Shown piece by piece: positions 55,616 to 64,000 of a DNA stretch of 64,000 nt (the first letter of the stretch is position 1; each line of letters starts with the position of its first letter). The notes under the pieces were generated by a model. The model worked only from the letters and a program-made list of their open reading frames with translations. It did no database searches and was not told the origin of the DNA. The DNA lies in contig JAOAHZ010000001.1 of NCBI GenBank assembly GCA_026414975.1, positions 247,547 to 311,546 on the forward strand. The letters run 5' to 3'. The position numbers and the translations under genes were made by a program. The stretch comes from Bacteroidia bacterium. Lineage in GTDB: Bacteria > Bacteroidota > Bacteroidia > SpSt-205.

Positions 55616-57536
55616 TGCGGGTCCCTGGGTTTAGCCGTTCAGCGATGAGGGTGGCTTGCTCGCCATAAAGTTGCTTGAGGCGGGTGATGAGATTGGAGAG
55701 GCCTACGCCTTGCCCGATGCGGTCTAACTCTATGCCCGGGCCGTCGTCAGAAACCCGAATAATAACCTGACCCCCCTCCTCCCTCACCTCAATCTCCATC
55801 TGTACAGGTCTCGTAACCCGACCTACCGCATGCTTGATGACATTTTCAGCTAAAAGCTGTATGGCAAAAGGCGGAATACTAGCGATAGGACAGGGCTGCG
55901 ATACATTCCACTTGATACGGAGACGCTGCCCAAATCGCTGCTGCTCAATCTCTAAGTAATCTTGCACCAGAGATAACTCTTCCTCTAAGGGAACTACCAC
56001 TTGTCGTGCATGAGATAAACTGCGTCGTAGGAGCGTACCTAAACGACTCATGAGGGATTCAGCTAAGGAGGGATTCTCGCCTACCAAGGACTGAAGGGTA
56101 TTGAGGGCGTTGAAGAGAAAATGAGGGCTTAGCTGTCCTCGCAGGGCTGCTAATCTGGCTTCATGAGCAGCCTCAAAAAGCTCTGCATGGCGGAGGGCTA
56201 TGCTTAGCCCAGCGGCGAAAGGTAAAAGACGCTGAATGTCTTCTAACCGCAAGCGATAGGTACCCTCTTTCAAGCAAAGCCAGCCATAGGCAGGAAGGGG
56301 TAGAGCCACATCAGGTAAGAAAGATATTTTCTCAAGAGGAAAGGGGGCTGGCTCTCCCATCCGTTGTATCCAGGGGCGCTGACGCTCTGGTACTGAGTCA
56401 GGAGCCTTTAGAATAGCTATCTGCGAAATGGAAGCGTAGGCCTGCAGGGTCTCTTCAGCGAAGCGGATAAGGTCGGCTTTTTCTATGCGTTCCCAGAGGC
56501 GGGGGAGGCGCTCTTGGAGGAGACGGACGCGTCGCTGCTGGCTCTGAAGAAGACGGCGGATGGTTTCAATGAAGAGCAAGCTGGCACCCAATCCAGCTGC
56601 ACCCAAAAGAAGCTGAGCCAAAGGATTCTGGCCTAATAGAGCCACGCCGAGACCTGCAGGTACAATCAGCAAACGAAGGGCCATAACGCCTGGTGGTAAT
56701 AACTGAAATGCCCGCTGCACCCAGGGTAGGTATTCCAATATGCCGACCATGCCTAAAAGGGGGAGCAGGATAGGCCCTCTCAACCCCACCCAAACGCCCC
56801 ATAATGCTGCATAAAGAAGAGCTATTCGTTTAGGCAGCCACAGGGCCAAACTGCCAATGATGGCCTCTGCTAAAAAATACCGAGCTGGCCCTTGAATGAG
56901 AAAGGGCAGTCCTACTAAGGGTAAAAGGAGAGGTAGATGCCGAGGAGCAGACCCCCGAAGGAGTGTCCAGCTCCCCCAGAAGGCTAAGCTGATTTGGCCT
57001 AATAGAGCTCTATCGTAGAGCCCTTTCCCAGCCCACAGAAGCCACAAGCTACCAAATAGAAAGAGGGTCATTACGAGAGCGGCAAGCTGAGAGGGTGTCC
57101 GCTGAGGGCTTCCTTTCTCTGCAATGAATAGAAGCAAAACAATCCCGCCTAAAAGGACTGTCAAAGTCAAGTTTGTCGTCCAGCGATAGCTCAGCTCTGA
57201 CTCGGGCCACCCCAGTACAAAAGGCGCTATACTCTCCACAAAAATGAGATGGGTTTCGCCTTGTCGGCTTATCTCGTATAGGAATAGCTGTTGATGGCGC
57301 TCAGCGGGCGGTATATGGGACAGCTTACATGCCGGCTGGTAATCCACCCGCAGCAGGGTATCGCCTATTTCTACGGCGTTTTCGCTGAGAGTAGGTAGTT
57401 TGCTCTGAGCCACCCATTTACAATCGCTGGAGGGTCGCCAAACAATCCCATCGGTCAAAGGAGGCTGCCAGCCTGTCAGAACATGCCATGTAAAGAGCCC
57501 ACCTAATCCAACCAAGAGCCCCCCTAAGCGTCTCAC
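55530..57536 (-). CDS. LytS/YehU-type sensor histidine kinase
   Basis: QLSPHFLFNALNT, EQQRFGQRL, LAENVIKHA, DDGPG and GVGLSNL; many TM helices; PDZ-like GDTLLRVD. Confidence 0.88.
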   Translation of the reverse strand: MRRLGGLLVGLGGLFTWHVLTGWQPPLTDGIVWRPSSDCKWVAQSKLPTLSENAVEIGDTLLRVDYQPACKLSHIPPAERHQQLFLYEISRQGETHLIFVESIAPFVLGWPESELSYRWTTNLTLTVLLGGIVLLLFIAEKGSPQRTPSQLAALVMTLFLFGSLWLLWAGKGLYDRALLGQISLAFWGSWTLLRGSAPRHLPLLLPLVGLPFLIQGPARYFLAEAIIGSLALWLPKRIALLYAALWGVWVGLRGPILLPLLGMVGILEYLPWVQRAFQLLPPGVMALRLLIVPAGLGVALLGQNPLAQLLLGAAGLGASLLFIETIRRLLQSQQRRVRLLQERLPRLWERIEKADLIRFAEETLQAYASISQIAILKAPDSVPERQRPWIQRMGEPAPFPLEKISFLPDVALPLPAYGWLCLKEGTYRLRLEDIQRLLPFAAGLSIALRHAELFEAAHEARLAALRGQLSPHFLFNALNTLQSLVGENPSLAESLMSRLGTLLRRSLSHARQVVVPLEEELSLVQDYLEIEQQRFGQRLRIKWNVSQPCPIASIPPFAIQLLAENVIKHAVGRVTRPVQMEIEVREEGGQVIIRVSDDGPGIELDRIGQGVGLSNLITRLKQLYGEQATLIAERLNPGTRISMILSRRYPERDARTHNLAEGLSAHER

Positions 57537-58960
57537 GGCACTCGTGAAATGTATAGAGTATTAGTCCGGAGGCGTGCCCGGAGGGGCATGGAGACGGTAA
57601 ATATCACTGTATCACCATGGCTGACGTGTCCTAAGTCTTTCAAGATATGCAGGACATCTTGAATGGTGTCGTAAGTGCCCTCCTTACGGCGATAGTAGTA
57701 AGCCCTAACCCCCCATAAAAGGCTGAGCCCGCCAAGAATGCGGGGATTAGGCGTAAAAATGAATATGTCGGTCTGGGGTCTCCATCGAGCAAGCTGAAAA
57801 GCCGTATAGCCCGAGTAAGTTAGTCCTACGAGAGCTCGAGCCCCTACCTCTGAAGCCAGCGTGCAAGCTGTCCAGCATACTGCATCAGAGTGATAAGTGG
57901 GTGAAGTAGGGCTAGGCTGCCCGGAGAGCCGATAGATTTGGAGGTCGGCCTCAGCTTGACGAAGGATTCGCTGCATCTGTCGTACCGCTTCCACGGGATA
58001 GGCGCCTACTGAAGTTTCTCCGCTCAGCATGACTGCATCGGCACCATCCAGTACGGCATTGGCGACATCTGTAACCTCCGCTCGGGTCGGGGAGGGATTC
58101 TGAATCATGCTCTCTAACATTTGGGTGGCGACCACGACGGGTTTGCCCAGAATATTACAGGTACGAACGATCCGTTTCTGCCAAAAGGGTACTTCTTCCA
58201 CGGGGATTTCTACGCCTAAGTCGCCGCGGGCCACCATTACGCCGTCGCTGAGCTGAATGATTTCCTCCAGATTTGCTAAGGCCTCTGGGCGCTCTATTTT
58301 AGCCATGATACGCGTGCTGGAGCCAAAACGCCTCAGCATTTGTCTCACCATTTGAATATCCGACGGGTAGCGCACAAATGATATGGCTACCCAATCCAGC
58401 TCCTGCCGAATCACTTCTAAGAGGTCCTCCCAATCCTTGTCAGAGAGGGTAGGTAGCGAAATAGGGCGTCCTGGCAGGTTGATTCCCTTGCGGCTGCCTA
58501 TGCGATCGCCTGCTATAACTTGAAGGCGAACGCTGCTCCGCTTATCGGTTTCTAAAACTCTCAATCGTACTCGTCCATCTTCCACCAGCACTATATCGCC
58601 GGGTTCTACATCCTGAGCTAAGGTCTCATATTCCACGGGTATCGCCCCGTTAGTGGGCTTTGTAGAAAAGATTACCACATCGCCTGCACGGATAGGTATC
58701 GGTTGGTCAAGTTTACCAATGCGCATTTTAGGTCCCTGCAAATCGGCTAAGAGCGCTATATGAGTGCCAAGCTGGAGGTTGAGCCGCCGCACTCGGTCTA
58801 TGACCTGACGGTGGGTTGCCCAGTTTCCATGGCTCAGATTCAGGCGTATCACGTCTACGCCTGCTTCAATGAGTTCTCGCAAAACGTCCTCTGATTCACA
58901 GGCTGGACCCGCCGTGGCGATAATCTTGACTCGGTTATAGGAAATGGCATTCATATTCAC
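57533..58960 (-). CDS. pyk: Pyruvate kinase
   Basis: KIIATAGPA, DLQGPKMR, MVARGDLGVE, ATQMLESM and MLSGETSVG. Confidence 0.97.
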   Translation of the reverse strand: MNMNAISYNRVKIIATAGPACESEDVLRELIEAGVDVIRLNLSHGNWATHRQVIDRVRRLNLQLGTHIALLADLQGPKMRIGKLDQPIPIRAGDVVIFSTKPTNGAIPVEYETLAQDVEPGDIVLVEDGRVRLRVLETDKRSSVRLQVIAGDRIGSRKGINLPGRPISLPTLSDKDWEDLLEVIRQELDWVAISFVRYPSDIQMVRQMLRRFGSSTRIMAKIERPEALANLEEIIQLSDGVMVARGDLGVEIPVEEVPFWQKRIVRTCNILGKPVVVATQMLESMIQNPSPTRAEVTDVANAVLDGADAVMLSGETSVGAYPVEAVRQMQRILRQAEADLQIYRLSGQPSPTSPTYHSDAVCWTACTLASEVGARALVGLTYSGYTAFQLARWRPQTDIFIFTPNPRILGGLSLLWGVRAYYYRRKEGTYDTIQDVLHILKDLGHVSHGDTVIFTVSMPLRARLRTNTLYISRVP

Positions 58961-59502
58961 CCAGGAAAAAAAGACCTTATCCAGATTTTCAGCTCTGGTA
59001 GGCCCTCTTCGCTACGGGCAGAGATGAAGCCCTTCCAAATCGCCTTAGGAAAAGCGCCTAAAAGAACCCGCCGTTGTTGATGACGCTCCGATTGAGAGAG
59101 CTTATCTGCTTTCGTAGCCAGCACAGCGTAAGGCAAGCCGAGATGCTCTAATAAGCGTACCCACTCTATATCCAACCGCTGGGGTGGATGCCGACTATCT
59201 ACAAGCACGCAGATCAGGGGACGCACCTTCTCCAAGAAGAGGAGTTTTTGTCGTAGCCAGGATTGCCGTTGGGCTTGAGAGACGGTAGCATAACCATACC
59301 CTGGCATATCTGCCCAAAGAAAGGGGTCATCGGTTTCATACAACCACACTGCGCGTGTGCGCCCTGGTTGGCTGCTCACAGGGGCCACGGCCTTGCCTAT
59401 CAGGCGATTTAGGAGTGAAGATTTGCCTACATTTGAGCGACCTGAAAAAGCTACTACAGGCTTTTGAAGCACATCACCTGAAAAGACAAAGCGGCGTCGC
59501 AT
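58957..59502 (-). CDS. engB: Ribosome biogenesis GTPase YihA/YsxC
   Basis: GRSNVGKSS, PGRT, DMPGYGY and TKADK. Confidence 0.92.
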   Translation of the reverse strand: MRRRFVFSGDVLQKPVVAFSGRSNVGKSSLLNRLIGKAVAPVSSQPGRTRAVWLYETDDPFLWADMPGYGYATVSQAQRQSWLRQKLLFLEKVRPLICVLVDSRHPPQRLDIEWVRLLEHLGLPYAVLATKADKLSQSERHQQRRVLLGAFPKAIWKGFISARSEEGLPELKIWIRSFFPG

Positions 59503-59505
59503 GGC

Positions 59506-60111
59506 CTACCACCTTTCTCCAGCTAACACGGATAGACAAAGCCGATTTTGAGGCGGATATGGCAGACAAATGTAGGCGGGGTTATAGGCGCAGTACGGGA
59601 AATAAGCCCGATTGAAGTCTAAACAGGCTTTCTTGCCCTGAATCTCTACCGGCACATACCGTCCACCCTCGTAGCTAAGGCCCTGAGCAGCCGTAGAGTC
59701 CCAAAAAGCTATATAAGGCTCTTCACCCCCTCTGCTGCCATAAACTAAAAGTGGAGTGGGCTTTTTACAGGAGTCCAAGGAGGGTAAATCTACCCACACT
59801 TGGCCTATCACGGGTGCTAAGGCCCTTGGTAGAGCTTCATACCACCCTACTATCCTCCAACAGCTATCTAACCTAAAATAACGCAATCCCCTAAAACTTC
59901 TGCGGTCTGGCGTAGGAATAGGAGAGCGTTCGCTTGTTTGGAATACACTGTCCTTGTATAGCCGAGCTGCTTCCAAAGTTTTAGCGTACTCGCTCCATGG
60001 CAACTCGCAAAGGGGGCGAAAAGCTGGTTTGCTTTGTTTTTTCCGAGGTAGAAGAAGGACTCCTACGATCACCAAGAGGATAGAGAGACCTACCCAGATT
60101 GTCCGACGCAT
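59506..60111 (-). CDS. DUF1684 family protein with N-terminal membrane anchor
   Basis: SYEGGRY and LDFNRAYFPYCAYNPAYICLPYPPQNRL...AGE. ATG overlaps the metF stop. Confidence 0.85.
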   Translation of the reverse strand: MRRTIWVGLSILLVIVGVLLLPRKKQSKPAFRPLCELPWSEYAKTLEAARLYKDSVFQTSERSPIPTPDRRSFRGLRYFRLDSCWRIVGWYEALPRALAPVIGQVWVDLPSLDSCKKPTPLLVYGSRGGEEPYIAFWDSTAAQGLSYEGGRYVPVEIQGKKACLDFNRAYFPYCAYNPAYICLPYPPQNRLCLSVLAGERW

Positions 60112-61064
60112 TAGTCTAACCGAAGCCTTTCCATCAGCCGTATCAAGGGTTTGGTATATAGCATCGTGTAGAAGTGTAAATTCTTGACGCCATGGGCCAA
60201 AAGGTCTATCGCTTGTTGGTAGGCCCATTCTAAGCCGATTTCTAAGACCTCCTTGTCATCTTTAGCCTCCAATACGGCCTGGGTCAGAGGCTCGGGAATA
60301 GAGATATGAAATGACCTTGGCAAGGAATACACATGCTCACGCTTTGTAAGAATCTTGAGACCAGGAATGATCGGGATGTAAATCCCTGCCTGACGAGCCT
60401 TTTCCACAAAGGCGTAGTAGTAGGCGTTGTCAAAAAACATCTGGGTGATAGCATAACTGGCGCCTGCATCTTGTTTACGCTTGAGATTAGCGATGTCAAA
60501 GGCGAGATTGGGGGCTTGATAATGCTTCTCTGGGTAGGCAGCGACCCCTACGCAGAAGTTGGTGGGTTGGGCATCGGTTAGGTCGTCCAAATATCGTCCA
60601 TGATTCATGGCGATAATCTGTTCCACTAGCTCGTAAGCGTACTGATTGATAGTGCGATCGGGGCGGGGGGGACGAGCGTATGTTTCTTCTCCTTGAAGGG
60701 CCAGTACATTTTCAACCCCGAGGTAATGTAGTTCTATCAGGGCATCTTCGGTCTCCTCCCGAGTAAAACCATGACAGAGCAAGTGAGGGACGGGTTCTAT
60801 GTTATACTTATACTTGATAACAGCGCATATCCCGAAAGTTCCTGGGCTGCGGCGCTTGACTCGCCGGCGAAAAGTACCATCGGGCTGCTCCTGCCATACC
60901 ACTTCGGCGGCATGACTGGTGATGTTGATATAGCGGGGCCGATGGGGAATAAGACTCTCTACAGCGTTATACACTTGGTGAATACTGCTGCCCCGCCGAG
61001 GCGGAATAATCTCTACGCTAATAAAGGGGCCTGTTTCTCTCGCCAAGATGTCGGCGATTTGCAT
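60111..61064 (-). CDS. metF: 5,10-methylenetetrahydrofolate reductase
   Basis: EIIPP, PVPHLLC, VAAYPEKH, AITQMFFDN and HFYTM. Confidence 0.93.
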   Translation of the reverse strand: MQIADILARETGPFISVEIIPPRRGSSIHQVYNAVESLIPHRPRYINITSHAAEVVWQEQPDGTFRRRVKRRSPGTFGICAVIKYKYNIEPVPHLLCHGFTREETEDALIELHYLGVENVLALQGEETYARPPRPDRTINQYAYELVEQIIAMNHGRYLDDLTDAQPTNFCVGVAAYPEKHYQAPNLAFDIANLKRKQDAGASYAITQMFFDNAYYYAFVEKARQAGIYIPIIPGLKILTKREHVYSLPRSFHISIPEPLTQAVLEAKDDKEVLEIGLEWAYQQAIDLLAHGVKNLHFYTMLYTKPLIRLMERLRLD

Positions 61065-61067
61065 GCC

Positions 61068-61391
61068 TCAAAGTTCCCAAATCTCAGCGAAATACTCAAT
61101 CAGCGCTTTCCGCAAAAAAGCTCGCTGTTCGGCCGGTTTCCATGAAGGAAGCGGACGCGTGCGCTCCCATTGAGGCCATCCATCTTGATCTTGTCCTACT
61201 TCTCGCACGTACCCAGCTCGCTCTAAGAGCACCAGCGTACCTAACTGAATAAGGTTGAGCTTTACGGTTCTCTCTTCTCCTTCAGGAAAGTAGCCCATCC
61301 GATTCAAGCCAACCAGAAAAAGCGAGACCTCCTCTGAAGGTGTAATGGCGTATCGCCGTTCTATTTCTGCGCAGAGCGTTTCCCAATCCAT
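61068..61391 (-). CDS. Conserved-looking hypothetical protein
   Basis: 107-aa ORF in the operon; LFLVGL...DQDGWPQW...LIEYF pattern. Confidence 0.7.
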   Translation of the reverse strand: MDWETLCAEIERRYAITPSEEVSLFLVGLNRMGYFPEGEERTVKLNLIQLGTLVLLERAGYVREVGQDQDGWPQWERTRPLPSWKPAEQRAFLRKALIEYFAEIWEL

Positions 61392-61462
61392 TCTACTACA
61401 GGGTGCAGGCCTGGTCCAGAGGAAGGCTTTGACTAAGTCCTTGGTGGAGAGAGCTCAGATGG

Positions 61463-62116
61463 TTAGGAGGGGAGCTTGAGTTTTTCATAATCGGCCAGAA
61501 ACTGCGAAAGCCCCTTTTCGGTGAGAGGGTGCTGGAAGAGCTGCTTGATGACGGAAAAGGGCATGGTGGCTACATCAGCCCCTTCCATAGCAGCCTGTAG
61601 CACATGAAGCGGATGGCGAATGCTTGCCGCCAGTATCTTCGTCTGAAAGCCGTAGTTGTCAAAAATTTGACGAATTTGACGAATCAGTTCCATACCTTCA
61701 TGACCGACATCGTCTAATCGCCCGATAAAGGGGCTCACGTAGGTTGCCCCAGCCTTCGCAGCGATTAAGGCTTGTAGAGGAGAAAAAATCAAGGTGCAGT
61801 TGGTAGGGATACCTTCTTCGCTCAGAGAACGCAGAGCTTTCACCCCATCGGGAATAAAGGGAATCTTGACTACGATATTAGGCGCAAGGCTATGTAGATG
61901 TCGGGCTTCCGCTAACATGTCTGCATAGCCCGTGCTGATAACTTCAGCGCTTACAGGACCCCTTGTTAGACGAGCTATGGCTTTGTAATGGGCATCAAAG
62001 TCTCTGACACCAGCTTTGGCCATGAGCGATGGATTGGTAGTTACACCGTCAAGGATACCCAAGGCTGCCGCTTCCTCTATCTCAGATAGCAAGGCCGTGT
62101 CTATGAAAAACTGCAT
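61463..62116 (-). CDS. fsa: Transaldolase / fructose-6-phosphate aldolase family
   Basis: FFIDTA, GVTTNPSL, VVKIP, YVSPFIGRLDD and AASIRHP; TAACTTTG box 4 nt upstream. Confidence 0.93.
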   Translation of the reverse strand: MQFFIDTALLSEIEEAAALGILDGVTTNPSLMAKAGVRDFDAHYKAIARLTRGPVSAEVISTGYADMLAEARHLHSLAPNIVVKIPFIPDGVKALRSLSEEGIPTNCTLIFSPLQALIAAKAGATYVSPFIGRLDDVGHEGMELIRQIRQIFDNYGFQTKILAASIRHPLHVLQAAMEGADVATMPFSVIKQLFQHPLTEKGLSQFLADYEKLKLPS

Positions 62117-62259
62117 ATTGCAAAGTTAAGTCTGAAGCCGTATTGGCCCATGATGATTTTCGGGCTATCTATTGAAGCAGGAAAAGAGACGGCGTTCCCT
62201 ATCAAACCTTAGGTTCGGTATCATACCGTGAGAGCGCGTGGATTTTTGTTTATTTGGCT

Positions 62260-63066
62260 ATGCGGGCTTCAGCCCTCGCCATTCTAACGCTTTTTCTAAA
62301 TGGTTGCCTCAAGCTAATAGATGTAGATGTACCATCCGATGCGGGCGAGTGGGTTATAGAGGCCTACTATAGCGATGAGGATAGCGCGGTAGCTCGGGTG
62401 TCTCAGACCGTACCGTACTTCGGAGAAGGCCGCCCTCTCCTCATTTCTGAAGCGTTAGTTACCTTGGAGGAAATAGAAACCGGAGCCATCGATACGCTGC
62501 GATGGCGAGATTCCCTGTATGTAAGGGTGCATGGGCGGGTCTCTCCTCAAGCGGGCCATACTTATCGCCTGCAGGTGCGCATAGGAGAAGAAGATATACA
62601 AGCCATATCTCGCATGCCCCGTCGGGTCCCCTTAGATACTCTATTGGCTTTACGACGCCCCTCTTCAAGTTCGTCTTCCCAAGAATATCGGGTGATCGCC
62701 TTCGCAAGGGATCCGCTTGGGGAGCAGAACGCTTATCGAGCCCGCGTTAGGAGGAACGATACCCTTTTCAACCGAGCTTTTGAGTGGATATACGCTGATG
62801 ACCGCTACATAGATGGGCGTCCTATTGTATTTGAGTTTCCTTACCCTCTGATGGTCGGTGATACGATTAGCATAGAGATTATGGCTCTTCCTATCGAGGT
62901 TGTACGGTACTACGACCAGGTACTGAGAAATGCTTTTGGCGGAAGTGGTGGATTCAGCCCACCCCCTGATAACGCCTACTCCAACTACACAGGTGGTAAG
63001 CGACGGGTATGGGGCTATTTCTTTTGCTACGCCAGTGATAAAAAAGGCTTACGAATCCAGCCATAG
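62260..63066 (+). CDS. DUF4249 family lipoprotein
   Basis: Lipobox LNG|C; WVIEAY; PPDNAYSN...WGYFF. Confidence 0.75.
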   Translation: MRASALAILTLFLNGCLKLIDVDVPSDAGEWVIEAYYSDEDSAVARVSQTVPYFGEGRPLLISEALVTLEEIETGAIDTLRWRDSLYVRVHGRVSPQAGHTYRLQVRIGEEDIQAISRMPRRVPLDTLLALRRPSSSSSSQEYRVIAFARDPLGEQNAYRARVRRNDTLFNRAFEWIYADDRYIDGRPIVFEFPYPLMVGDTISIEIMALPIEVVRYYDQVLRNAFGGSGGFSPPPDNAYSNYTGGKRRVWGYFFCYASDKKGLRIQP

Positions 63067-63077
63067 CCCCACTCAAC

Positions 63078-63647
63078 ATGCCCATCATTCGCCCTATACG
63101 GGGTAAAGTCCCTCAGATTGGACGGGATACCTTTATTGCAGAAAACGCCGTCATAATCGGCGATGTACTCATAGGCGACTCCTGCAGCATATGGTACCAC
63201 GTCGTGATCCGAGGAGATGTTCATTTTATCCGAATAGGGAACCGTACCAATATTCAAGATGGAGCCGTCCTGCACTGTAGTTATCAGAAAGCCCCCTTGA
63301 CCATCGGGAATGAAGTAACCATCGGTCATAGAGCTGTGATACATGGCTGTACGATTGGTGATCGAGTCGTGATAGGAATGGGGGCTATCATACTGGATCA
63401 CGCTCAAGTCCCTGATGATGTATTTATCGCTGCTGGAGCCCTCATCCCTCAAAATGCTAAGCTGGAGTCCGGATACCTTTATGCTGGAATCCCTGCTCGT
63501 CCCATCAGAACCCTCTCGCCTGAGGAGCTGACCGAGCTGAAGTTATACGCCGATCGGTACGTGATGTATAAAGCCTGGTATGAGTCTGTAACGGAGGGGC
63601 TGGATTCACCTTTATCCACAAGTTCCAAACAAGAACTACAGGGCTAA
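63078..63647 (+). CDS. Gamma carbonic anhydrase family (hexapeptide repeat) protein
   Basis: VIRGDVHFIRIG, NIQDGAVLH, IGHRAVIHGC and AGIPA. Confidence 0.92.
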   Translation: MPIIRPIRGKVPQIGRDTFIAENAVIIGDVLIGDSCSIWYHVVIRGDVHFIRIGNRTNIQDGAVLHCSYQKAPLTIGNEVTIGHRAVIHGCTIGDRVVIGMGAIILDHAQVPDDVFIAAGALIPQNAKLESGYLYAGIPARPIRTLSPEELTELKLYADRYVMYKAWYESVTEGLDSPLSTSSKQELQG

Positions 63648-63697
63648 GGTCAAGCCTTTCTCCTAAAAGTGGAGCCTTTTCTTTACCTTAGGGCCCT

Positions 63698-64000
63698 ATG
63701 CGGGTCCTCCCGGGATGTGCGGTGAAGCTACAATATACGTTGTCCGATGAAAATGGACAGATTCTGTATCAAAGCGAGGAGCCTTTAGAATTCACGGTGG
63801 GAGAAGGGGAAGTCTTACCTGCTTTTGAAGAGGCTATTTTGGATATGGAAGTAGGGGAACGGAAGACCTTTACCCTTACACCGGAAGAGGCCTTCGGTCC
63901 GTATCAGCCAGAGTGGGTATTTCAGCTCAGTCGGCGGCAGTTAGAGGGCGATGAGGGAGAACCTATACAACCCGGACAAGCCCTTACCCTCTACACTCCC
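63698..64000 (+). CDS. slyD: FKBP-type peptidyl-prolyl isomerase (SlyD-like), 3'-partial
   Basis: Manual translation gives MRVLPGCAVKLQYTLSDENGQIL...PLEFTVGEGEVLPAFEEAILDMEVGERKTFTLTPEEAFG. The frame runs off the window end; TACCTTAG box 6 nt upstream. Confidence 0.85.
   Translation, partial: MRVLPGCAVKLQYTLSDENGQILYQSEEPLEFTVGEGEVLPAFEEAILDMEVGERKTFTLTPEEAFGPYQPEWVFQLSRRQLEGDEGEPIQPGQALTLYTP

Noticed and set aside
61392..61462. SAM riboswitch upstream of the metF-containing unit
   Set aside because: The region is short and shows no recognisable SAM aptamer consensus.

Overview
Gene-dense core-genome segment of a Bacteroidota bacterium. The phylum call rests on TAnnTTTG promoters, GldB, DUF3276, a T9SS-type C-terminus, a Flavobacterium-style six-heme ActA and signal peptides followed by Gln. 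A streamlined thermophile is plausible from the R/E/L/P/W-rich short proteins and many overlapping genes, but that is inference. About 50 CDS are present: a complete alternative complex III cluster (actABCDEF), two PAS-containing SpoIIE/PP2C phosphatases, two TonB-dependent receptors, two OmpA-domain envelope proteins, an orphan LytS-type kinase and housekeeping genes (proS, folD, speA, arginase, rpmI, rplT, fabD, dnaG, hpf, pyk, engB, metF, fsa/tal, slyD). I saw no rRNA, tRNA, CRISPR array or mobile element. The most unusual signals are: (1) very short signal peptides (8-17 aa) ending in a stereotyped W-[A/S]|Q motif; (2) promoter -7 boxes only 4-7 nt upstream of many start codons, suggesting widespread leaderless mRNA; (3) an Aer-like FAD-PAS PP2C phosphatase overlapping mqnB near the ACIII cluster; (4) a 57-aa ORF absent from the ORF track with its own promoter box; (5) a primase lacking most zinc ligands. 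All family assignments come from motif recognition by eye, not database searches.
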